Source: Candidatus Palauibacter ramosifaciens
Lineage (GTDB): Bacteria; Gemmatimonadota; Gemmatimonadetes; Palauibacterales; Palauibacteraceae
Direction: 5' to 3'
Length of the DNA stretch: 64,000 nucleotides
Assembly (NCBI GenBank): GCA_009845855.1
Contig: VXYT01000034.1
Location: 64,820 to 128,819 of the forward strand
Made by a program: the position numbers and the translations under genes
Part shown: one piece after another, positions 56,217 through 64,000 of the stretch
Layout of the letters: the number at the start of each line of letters is the position of its first letter
Numbering within the stretch: position 1 is the first letter of the stretch
Notes under the pieces: model-generated
Seen by the model: only the letters and a program-made list of their open reading frames with translations
What the model was told of the DNA's origin: nothing
Database searches by the model: none

Positions 56217-58793
56217 TCAGTGACGCCAGCGGCGCCATGCGGGAGGAGCGGGGAGGCCACGGCTGAACAGGGCTTCGAGGCCGGACTCCGACGTCAGGGC
56301 GCCGACATCCACGGCGCCCCCGGCGAGGGCGGACGGCGGAGGGTCGCGCAGGAGAGCGCGCACCTGCCCGCTCCCCGGCTCGCGCAGGATCACCATCGGC
56401 CGGTCCGTGTCCGCGTCGAGCGTGGCGGTGCCGGCCGGGCCCGACAGCGTGATGGAGGCAAGTTCCGCGGCCCAGCCCGTCTCGACGGGGAGCGAGAACG
56501 CGAAGGATGAAGAACCGTCGCCGTCGGCGACCTTCGGCATGTCGAAGCGATGCGAGAAGAGCGCGCCGCCATCGGCGGCCCATCCGTCGAGCCGGAACGC
56601 GCCGCCGCCGGGCCCCGGGAGCGAGGGCGGGGCATCGACTACGAAGGCGGGTTCGAGGAAGGGCGCGCCCTCCGCGCTCATCCCGCCCCAGAGCAGAAGC
56701 GACGCGACGGTCCCGCCGTCCGCCGCTGCCGCAGTTGCGGCCATCTCGTCGGACAGGCGGTGGTGGAGCGCCTTGGAGACGCCATAGTCGCCGATCCAGC
56801 GCAGATCGCCATGGCAATAGGACATCACGTCGGGACGGCTCGGAGCAATCAGGCGTCCGTTGCGGAAGTCGTATCCCCAGGCCCCGATGGATCCATCCGC
56901 GTAGGGATAGTCCGGGTCAAGGTCCGCCGTGACGCCGCAGGGCGCATGTCCGAGATTCATGTTGTGGCCGAGTTCATGCGCCATCGTCGTCGACCGGAGA
57001 ATGGAGAAGCTGACCCGGCCGGGCCAGAAGGCTTTGCCGGCGACTCGAGACCCGCTCCTGGGCCCCGTGAGCATGCCCATGTAGTGGCCGCTCTCGCCCT
57101 CCATGGTCCAGATCGCCCGGGTCTCGTGGAGCAGTTCCCGGGGATCGTTGGTCGAGGTCGTCACGGGCGCATGGGCGTTCAACGCCATGCCCTGGACGGG
57201 GAGCAGCGTGCGGACGTGATGGAGCAGGTCGTGGTTGCCGGGGTCGGCCGCGATCTCGCCGACGGTCGCCACGACGGCCGAGTCCGGCGACTCGCTCCAC
57301 AGGAACGGCACCAGCGTGAGTTCCAGCACGGGTATCTCCCGCACGTCCAGCGCCAGCCGGCCCGTCTCCGGAATCCGCCGCTCCACGCCCAGCCCCGCAT
57401 CGAGCGTACCGTCCGGATCGATCTCCACCACCAACTCCAGTCCGGGCTCGAGGACCGCCCCCGGGATCTCCGCGTTGGCCGACTGCGCCAGATCGCCTTC
57501 CCGCACCGCCGTGGGAATGGGGGTGCTCCGGGCCGGGATCTCCGCCGTGTGCGTCTCGGCCCCATCCAGGTAGAAGGTGGCCCGGACCAGGGGCATGCCA
57601 TGGTCCGTTTCGCTCGCGGCCGTCACGAACGCCCGCAGCAGCGCGCGCCTGCCGGCGACCAGCGGCACGGGAGACGCACGCGACTGCACGGCCTGCGCCA
57701 GGTACACGGCCGAGGAAGCCCGACCATCGAGGCACTGGCGCAGCCACTGCCTCGGGAGCCGCTCGCGCCATGTTTGGAAGTCCTCCGGCAATATGCAGAG
57801 ATCCGTACCGGCGATGCCGAATGTCTCGAGATGGCGGAGTCCGGCCAGCGCCGGAGGGACGGGCCCGAAGAGGCCGGGATTGTGCGACAGGCGCAACTCG
57901 GTCAGTTCTGCCAGTCCGCCGAGTTCAGGCGGGATGGGGCCGCTGAGTTCGTTGTGGTCGAGTTGCAGACGCTTCAGGCTGACGAGATCTCCGATCTCTC
58001 GCGGGATCGAGCCCTCAAGGCCATTGCGCGAGAGGAACAGGAGCTCCACGTGTCCATCCGCGTCGACTCCGACGCCATGCCACTCCGCCACCGGAGCGTC
58101 GGTCAGCCAGTTGCTGTTCCGGGACCAGTTGGATCCGTTCGTCGCGTTGTAGAATTCCACCAGAGCGGGCACGTCGCGGCTCACGACGCGGAGTTCCATG
58201 ACCCCGGCCGCGTCGCCGGACGTCGCGGTGATGACCGCGGTCCCCGGACCGACCCCCGTGACCAGGCCGGACGTGTCGACCGCCGCGATGCCGGGGTCGC
58301 TCGAGGACCATGAGATATCCGCCCGCGCTACCTCGTGGCCGTTCCCATCCAGCGCGGAAGCCGACAGCCGCAGCGTGTCGCCAGCCGCCAGGATGTCCGC
58401 AGTCGGCGAGACCGATACCGTCGTTGCCTCTTGCGCCACCGTGACCGCCGCCGTCCCCGACACCGACGCTCCCGCAGACGCCGTAATCGTGCTCCGGCCG
58501 TTGCCGATGGCGCGAACCAGTCCGGTAGCGCTCACTGACACGACAGAGGCATCGCTGACCGCCCATGTCACCGTCGCCCCCGGGATAAGGCGCCCGCGCG
58601 GGTCCCGGACCTCAGCCGTCAACTGTACGCTGTCGTTCAGAGCAACGAGGGTCGTCGTCGCGGGCGAGAGCGAGACTGATGCCGGGAGGGGGGCGTCTGT
58701 GGGCCCGGGCGATGACCCGGCCGGGTCATCGCCGCACGACGGGAAGATGGCCAGGACCAGGGCAAGCAGAGCCCCCAGCCGCGCCCCCCTCAC
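56217..58793 (-). CDS. Surface lipoprotein: Big_2 Ig-like x2, plant-type LRRs, zinc metalloprotease (M66-like)
   Basis: Lipobox PSCG; W..SD..V..V...GLV.A.G.G....TA repeats; L..N.LSGPIPPELG LRRs; HELGHNMNLGH plus DVMSYC Met-turn. Confidence 0.85.
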   Translation of the reverse strand: MRGARLGALLALVLAIFPSCGDDPAGSSPGPTDAPLPASVSLSPATTTLVALNDSVQLTAEVRDPRGRLIPGATVTWAVSDASVVSVSATGLVRAIGNGRSTITASAGASVSGTAAVTVAQEATTVSVSPTADILAAGDTLRLSASALDGNGHEVARADISWSSSDPGIAAVDTSGLVTGVGPGTAVITATSGDAAGVMELRVVSRDVPALVEFYNATNGSNWSRNSNWLTDAPVAEWHGVGVDADGHVELLFLSRNGLEGSIPREIGDLVSLKRLQLDHNELSGPIPPELGGLAELTELRLSHNPGLFGPVPPALAGLRHLETFGIAGTDLCILPEDFQTWRERLPRQWLRQCLDGRASSAVYLAQAVQSRASPVPLVAGRRALLRAFVTAASETDHGMPLVRATFYLDGAETHTAEIPARSTPIPTAVREGDLAQSANAEIPGAVLEPGLELVVEIDPDGTLDAGLGVERRIPETGRLALDVREIPVLELTLVPFLWSESPDSAVVATVGEIAADPGNHDLLHHVRTLLPVQGMALNAHAPVTTSTNDPRELLHETRAIWTMEGESGHYMGMLTGPRSGSRVAGKAFWPGRVSFSILRSTTMAHELGHNMNLGHAPCGVTADLDPDYPYADGSIGAWGYDFRNGRLIAPSRPDVMSYCHGDLRWIGDYGVSKALHHRLSDEMAATAAAADGGTVASLLLWGGMSAEGAPFLEPAFVVDAPPSLPGPGGGAFRLDGWAADGGALFSHRFDMPKVADGDGSSSFAFSLPVETGWAAELASITLSGPAGTATLDADTDRPMVILREPGSGQVRALLRDPPPSALAGGAVDVGALTSESGLEALFSRGLPAPPAWRRWRH

Positions 58794-58828
58794 GGCTCTC
58801 GGCGGGCGGGCCGGCGTTCCGGAGGCAG

Positions 58829-59974
58829 TCAGGGCTTGCTCGTGTTCCTGGACGCTCCCCGGGTGGGAGCGGGTCGCTCCGGATTTTCGATGGCCTCGTC
58901 GACGAGGTCTTTCGCCGAAGAATCGGCTGCGGGCCGGGCTCCCGGCGCCTGCGTCGTCGAGGCGCTGCTCTCGATACCGAACAGCTCCACCCAGTCGAAG
59001 ATGGCCGAGGTGTTGTCGGAGCCCCGCGACAACAGCCGAATCCTCGTCACGCGGTCGAGGATGGGGTGCAACGGAGTTCCGTTGATGCTGGCTTCGGAAA
59101 TCGGCGTTCGGAACAGTTCCGTATCTCCCGCCACGCCGATGAAGTCCTCTCCATCGTAGCCGAGGGTGAAGTCGGTTAACTCACCCGCCCCGTCGTGGAT
59201 AGCGCCGGAGTAACCGGACCAGTCACTGATGACAACGAAATTCTCCTGCTGAGAATCGAAGACTCGGAGTCTGTAGTCGTAGCTCTGAATGCCGATGCTG
59301 AGATCGAGGATGGAGTACCGGTCGTCCTCGGTGTCCAGGTACACGGATACGACGCCCAAAGACTCGGCCCGGCCCAGGCGCGTCCGCAGAGTCCAGGACG
59401 TAAGGTCGAACCAGCGCTCCGCAACTGCGACCTGGCCCGCCTCACTTCTGGTCACGTACAGAATGCCGCCGACGATCGCGACGGTGCCGCCTCGCACGTT
59501 CCAGTCGGCGAGACTGGCGCGGGTGGCGAAGTCGTCCCGGAACCCGGCGCGGTCGTCGTCCTCCGGCTCCACGGTGATCTGGACGCTCTGTGTCGCGGCC
59601 AGCCCGTCCGGGTCGGTTGCCGTGACGGTGACGGTCGCGGTTCCTGCCGCTACCGCCGTCATCGTCAGGTCGCTGCCCGCGAGCGCGACGCTGACCACCG
59701 CGTCGTCCGACGATGCCGCCGCGTAGGTCAGCGTGCCTCCATCGGGATCACGGAAGAAGGGAGTCACATCAACCGTGATGGTCAGTCCGGCGGTGACGAC
59801 CTGTGCCGGGATCGTGCCCGCCGGCACCGGAGCCACCGGCGGGGGCGGCGGGGGCGGCGGCGGCCCCTGGGGATCTCCGTCGCCTCCGCATGAGCCGAGG
59901 GCGATCGACACCAGGGCGACCGCGGCGGCGGCAAGCCCATGTCGGGGGCGCGACCAAGTCATTTCAGCGAGCAT
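58829..59974 (-). CDS. Surface lipoprotein: poly-Pro linker, cadherin-like Ig domain, lectin-like beta-sandwich
   Basis: Lipobox GSCG, PPPPPPPP, GTIP...FRDPDG..LTY.A.SS...V...TATDPDG. The C-terminal domain has lower GC and a ConA-like strand pattern (fold is inference). Confidence 0.75.
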   Translation of the reverse strand: MLAEMTWSRPRHGLAAAAVALVSIALGSCGGDGDPQGPPPPPPPPPVAPVPAGTIPAQVVTAGLTITVDVTPFFRDPDGGTLTYAAASSDDAVVSVALAGSDLTMTAVAAGTATVTVTATDPDGLAATQSVQITVEPEDDDRAGFRDDFATRASLADWNVRGGTVAIVGGILYVTRSEAGQVAVAERWFDLTSWTLRTRLGRAESLGVVSVYLDTEDDRYSILDLSIGIQSYDYRLRVFDSQQENFVVISDWSGYSGAIHDGAGELTDFTLGYDGEDFIGVAGDTELFRTPISEASINGTPLHPILDRVTRIRLLSRGSDNTSAIFDWVELFGIESSASTTQAPGARPAADSSAKDLVDEAIENPERPAPTRGASRNTSKP

Positions 59975-60048
59975 CTATCCGTCTTCTCCAGTCTTGGCGT
60001 CTCATAGGTGTCGGGGGCCGGGAGCCGGCGCGGTCACCGTTCCGGCGT

Positions 60049-63000
60049 TCAGTCGCCCGATTCGTCGTTGTCGATCACGGTGATCGTGACAGGGAATACG
60101 CTTCTCCCGTAGGCCTGACTCCTGATCACGACCGCACCACCGTCGGCGTCGTCGTCTTCCGGTACCGAGAAGGGGATCTTGATGGACGCGGACAGACTTC
60201 CCTCGGGAATGGTGATTCTCGCGAAGGGATTGCTGAAGTCACCCCCTGCGGTGTAATCCGCGCCGCCGTCACCGTCGGCGCCCGCCACCAGCCAGATCCG
60301 AGCTTCGGCTGGAGAGTGGAGAGAAGTCGTGGCCGTGAGCGGCGCCAGGTTGACCAGGGTCGCCGTCACGGTCACCGAATCCACATCGGATCCCTCGGTG
60401 ACCTCGGCCGGGTCGACTGAAAGCCGGATGTCGTCGTCCAGTACGGTCACGACAACGGTGGCTTCCATGCCGTCATATCCACCCCCGCTCGCCGTATGTC
60501 TCAACGAATAGACCCGGTTGGCGAATCCTGTGCTCGCACGGTTCGACCTCAAGGCATCCAGTGCCACGGTCTGCGGCTGGTCCCAGTTGGCGGTCGTGAA
60601 CGTCAGCGTGTCAGCACCGCCTGTGTTCGTATTCAGCGTGAGCGTATCGCCCTTCGGACCCTCGACGAGGATCGTGACGGTCCCCGTGGGCTCTCCGCCG
60701 AGGGACACCTCGTAGCTCTCCTCCTCGTCTTCGATGACCGACAACTCCGACTCGCTGACGACGATGCCGATGCCCCAGTTCACGGAGAAGGCGCCGGCCA
60801 GATGCGAGGACGAATTGCCATCGCCGCGGCCGGCCGAGCTGCCCGCCCCGTCCGCGGTCTCGAGGGAGAAGCAGAACCACTCCACGCCGGCGGTGGCTCC
60901 GCGGTGGATCACGAACGACTCGCTGAACTCGATGACGTTCGAGTCGTTCACGAGGCTGCGTGCGGCGTTTTCGGTGCGGCCGCCCGGCACGGCGTCCGGG
61001 AGCGCGACATCCGCATCCTCGTTGCAGAACGCGAGCGACCCGCCGTTCGACTTCAGCGTCAGGATCGCGTTCCTGATCGGGGTGGCGTCACGAATCGTGC
61101 CGCTCACCGCCACCGTCACCGCGTGGGACGAACCGGCGTTAATCTCGGTCGGAATCGTGCCGGCCGTGAAGCTCGGCGCCTCCGTATCGCGGATGTAGGT
61201 GATGCTTGTGCTCCTCCTGTTGCTCCGCGAGGCGTTGTCGTACGCGATGATCGTCATCGCGTGCGTCCCGTCCCTGCCGTTCGCGGTCGTCGGGATGGAG
61301 ACGACCCCCTCCGCGTCCGGCTGAAAGCGCGGGGATCCCGCCTGGAAGCCCTGCTGCCACGTCGGCCGGGCCACCGGTCCGGTGTAGGCGGCGATGCCCG
61401 CGAAGCCGGAACCCGGTTCGCCCGTCCCCAGATCCGGATCCTCGACCTCCAGGGTGATCATCTCGCCATCCTTGAGGATCAGCCCGTCCGCCTCGGGCTC
61501 GACGTCATCGATCACCGGCCGGGTCCGGTCGACGCCGAAGTAGTTCGCCGTCTGCACCGTCCGGTCGGGGAGGGAACTGGAGTTGCCCAGCGCGTCCTCG
61601 ATGGACGCCAGCTCGGCCGTGTAGCAGTCGATCCCGCCGGCGTCGGTCTCCTCGCGGTGGGGATCCTCTTCCTCGAGTTGGCTGATCGTTCTTGCGTTTG
61701 CCACCACCGGGACGAAGGGCGTTCCGTAGCCCCGAGCGCCCGTATCGGTGTTGGCCGCCACGGAGCAATCGCCCACGTTCACGGTTGCGACCGCGCCGCC
61801 GGCGCCGCCGTCGGTGCTCTCCGACACGCCGAACGCCTGCGGTTTTCGGGCGTTGTCGAGATCCCCGTAGTACCGGCCCTCCGGAACGGCTGCGCCCCCG
61901 ATCGTGATTTCGGCGTCCTCGCCGACGACCGGAGCTCTCATGTCGAAGTAGTACGGACCGAACGGATTGTCGGCCGCGAACTCCTCGCTCACATCGAGAC
62001 CGTCGGAGTTCTCGACCTTCTCGGCCGCGAACACCCAGTGCTCGTTTCCGCCCGGACCCTCATCCTCGACCGCCTCGTTCCACGCCGGATTGACGTCCCA
62101 CGTGAACGGACCCTCGCGGTCCTGCGCCACGCCGTAGAAGGAGGCGGTGGCCGTCGGCGCCCTGAACGACAGGGAGGTCGCATCTTCCAGCGCCCCCATG
62201 GCCGCGGCCGTCTGCATCGCCCGCAGCGAGACCTTGCCCACGGTCGTCCCGGCGTAGGAGACCGGGCAAACGTGGAAGGTGCTCATGTTCTCCGCGTCCG
62301 GGCCGCCGTACATCGGCATGCCGCCCTTCAGCAAAGAGTTGCCGCCGCTGAACTCGACGACCACGTGCCCGCTGTTCTCAAGCGTGACCTGCTGCGTCAC
62401 CAGCGACTCGCGCGTCCCGCCGTCCGTCGTGATCTGCGCGCCGAGGGCGTACTCGCCGTTGGCGTAGGCCGGCATCAACTGCTCGCCCATGCACTCGCCC
62501 ATGACGTCGGCGGTGTTCAGGTAGCAGTCGACCTCGACCGCGCCGCCGGACTCGGCGAGACCCGCAATGGCCTGGTTCGCGTCGCTCGACGTGCCGCGGC
62601 ACGAGACGACGTGGTCGCCCAGCGTGAGCGCGACGCCCGTCACCGTCTCGTCGTTGTACTGCACGTCGAGCAGCACGGTCACCGCGCCGCTGACTTCGCT
62701 CGGGTTCACCGACCGGTTCCGGTCGTTCGGATCCCGAAGGCCGAAGATCGCGACGGTGGCCTCCCTCACGCCATCCTGGCCCACCGTGACGTTAAATCCC
62801 TGGTTCGCCTCGAGGCCATCCGGGTCGGCCGCTGTGATCGTCACCAATGCGCTGCCCCGGGATATGCCCGTCACCGTCGCGGCGGTGCCATCGACGCTCA
62901 CCGTGGCGACGCCGGGGTTCGACGAGGCGCCGGTGAGGGTCAGCTCGTCGCCGTCGGGATCGCTGAAGTAGCCGCCCAGCGCGGCCACGGTCGCCGTCCC

Positions 63001-63228
63001 GCCGACATCGACGCTGTGCGCCGGAATCGTTCCCTGCGGCACAGGCTGCCGGTTCGGCGGTGGGGGGGGAGGGGGAACGACCGGCGGCGGCGGAATGACT
63101 GGCGGTGGAATGGTGATGGGCGGAATGTCCGGGAACGGCGGCGTCACTACCTCGACGGTGTCACCGCAGGAGACGTTTACCACGCCGACAATGCCTACCA
63201 TGAACAGGGACTTCATGAGCCTCATCAT
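60049..63228 (-). CDS. Large surface lipoprotein (~1060 aa) with Ig-like and Calx-beta-like domains
   Basis: ATG at 63228 after GGAGG; lipobox VSCG; Pro-rich linker; FSDPDGD.LT Ig module; C-terminal V.E.....Y.V.L...PTG.VT and LTFT..NW..PQTV modules. Confidence 0.8.
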   Translation of the reverse strand: MMRLMKSLFMVGIVGVVNVSCGDTVEVVTPPFPDIPPITIPPPVIPPPPVVPPPPPPPNRQPVPQGTIPAHSVDVGGTATVAALGGYFSDPDGDELTLTGASSNPGVATVSVDGTAATVTGISRGSALVTITAADPDGLEANQGFNVTVGQDGVREATVAIFGLRDPNDRNRSVNPSEVSGAVTVLLDVQYNDETVTGVALTLGDHVVSCRGTSSDANQAIAGLAESGGAVEVDCYLNTADVMGECMGEQLMPAYANGEYALGAQITTDGGTRESLVTQQVTLENSGHVVVEFSGGNSLLKGGMPMYGGPDAENMSTFHVCPVSYAGTTVGKVSLRAMQTAAAMGALEDATSLSFRAPTATASFYGVAQDREGPFTWDVNPAWNEAVEDEGPGGNEHWVFAAEKVENSDGLDVSEEFAADNPFGPYYFDMRAPVVGEDAEITIGGAAVPEGRYYGDLDNARKPQAFGVSESTDGGAGGAVATVNVGDCSVAANTDTGARGYGTPFVPVVANARTISQLEEEDPHREETDAGGIDCYTAELASIEDALGNSSSLPDRTVQTANYFGVDRTRPVIDDVEPEADGLILKDGEMITLEVEDPDLGTGEPGSGFAGIAAYTGPVARPTWQQGFQAGSPRFQPDAEGVVSIPTTANGRDGTHAMTIIAYDNASRSNRRSTSITYIRDTEAPSFTAGTIPTEINAGSSHAVTVAVSGTIRDATPIRNAILTLKSNGGSLAFCNEDADVALPDAVPGGRTENAARSLVNDSNVIEFSESFVIHRGATAGVEWFCFSLETADGAGSSAGRGDGNSSSHLAGAFSVNWGIGIVVSESELSVIEDEEESYEVSLGGEPTGTVTILVEGPKGDTLTLNTNTGGADTLTFTTANWDQPQTVALDALRSNRASTGFANRVYSLRHTASGGGYDGMEATVVVTVLDDDIRLSVDPAEVTEGSDVDSVTVTATLVNLAPLTATTSLHSPAEARIWLVAGADGDGGADYTAGGDFSNPFARITIPEGSLSASIKIPFSVPEDDDADGGAVVIRSQAYGRSVFPVTITVIDNDESGD

Positions 63229-63456
63229 CGCATCGTCCTCCGTCGGTTTCGTCCAGCTATTCGTTCCCCAAGCCCTCACTGCGCAAGTAATTGCGCGAAT
63301 AAGAGACGCTCGTAACCCGTCACCAGTAATGATTTTACAAACAAAAGCTCGACGAATCGCCGAAGGCGCACAATTGCTCAAATGAGGTAATTTCGAGCCT
63401 ATAAATCGAAGGCTCTCGATACACAGATGGGGTAGTCGGATCTATAGATGCGGCGT

Positions 63457-63485
63457 TGAGCCGGGCCACCTCGCGGCCCGGCTCA
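63457..63485. terminator. 11-bp perfect hairpin downstream of leuS
   Basis: TGAGCCGGGCC-ACCTCGC-GGCCCGGCTCA. No U-tract, so terminator function is inferred from position only. Confidence 0.5.
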
Positions 63486-63685
63486 TAGTGGGGTGGGTGG
63501 GGCGCAGCTGAGTCCTGGAGTATCGGGGCGGACGCGGGAGTGGTGAGCCGATCGTCCACCCGGGGCACCTCCACCACCGCTCCCGGTCAGCCTGCGGCGT
63601 TCGGGGCGGGGGGTCGCAGCCTCGAGTATGCCCGCGCCGGAAGACTACCCGATTTGTGGCGGACTACTGGAAGTCGGCGCGCTCC

Positions 63686-64000
63686 CTAGGAGACCACGAG
63701 GTTGAGCATGCGGTCGGGGACGTGGATCACCTTGCGGATCGCGACCCCGTCGAGGCGCCGGATCACGTTCGCCTCGGCCAGCGCCGCCTCGCGAACGACC
63801 TCCTCGGGGGCGCCGCGCGCCACGCGGATCGTCGCCCGCAGCCGGCCGTTCACCTGCACCGGAAGCTCCACCTCGTCGACCATGAGCTTGCCCTCGTCCC
63901 AGGCCGGCCACTCGGCGTGGTCGAAGAGGCTCGATGCGCCGCCGAGGCGGGCCCACAGCTCCTCGGCGATGTGGGGCGCGACCGGCGCGATCATGATCAC
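63686..64000 (-). CDS. leuS: Leucine--tRNA ligase, C-terminal end (partial)
   Basis: P.APHIAEELW, WP..DE, VQVNG.LR, KVIHVP..MLNLVV. Confidence 0.93.
   Translation of the reverse strand: MIMIAPVAPHIAEELWARLGGASSLFDHAEWPAWDEGKLMVDEVELPVQVNGRLRATIRVARGAPEEVVREAALAEANVIRRLDGVAIRKVIHVPDRMLNLVVS

Noticed and set aside
1-64000. rRNA, tRNA or tmRNA genes
   Set aside because: No cloverleaf with T-loop GTTCGA in a tRNA context and no rRNA signatures were seen by eye; tRNAscan-SE and Infernal were not run.

Overview
GC-rich bacterial chromosome segment. Gene content and the style of its surface lipoproteins suggest Gemmatimonadota, Ca. Palauibacter-like (inference, no search run). About 50 kb is housekeeping backbone: tdh/kbl/rpe/moeB, serA, AlsT and SSS transporters, a K+ channel, csoR-copA, apgM, ccmABCD, a sigma70 factor, DsbA/VKOR, gyrA, uvrA, waaA, an orphan adenine methylase, YggX and the leuS 3' end. 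Three accessory zones stand out. (1) Bases 1-~5380 form a lower-GC, all-minus-strand island with the start of a probable type IIG R-M enzyme running off the edge (absent from the ORF track), DUF2971-like and DUF5677 proteins, an IS1595 transposase remnant and a type IV pilin. It abuts a probably truncated comEA. (2) Bases ~25600-31500 hold the best candidate for an undescribed system: a receiver-like/AraC regulator, a secreted Cys-containing precursor and four beta-propeller genes (two intact, one with a 1-nt frameshift, one truncated). This array carries a 34-bp direct repeat flanking one gene, a duplicated 54-bp gene tail and a palindrome recurring after the propeller genes. (3) Bases 56217-63228 encode three large Ig-like surface lipoproteins, one with plant-type LRRs and a zinc protease. 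The backbone also has a DEAD-box pseudo-helicase, a K+ channel with an AVGYG filter, a ubiquitin-like protein ending in Gly, and micro-duplications at gene junctions. No rRNA, tRNA or CRISPR array was seen. All family assignments come from motif recognition by eye.
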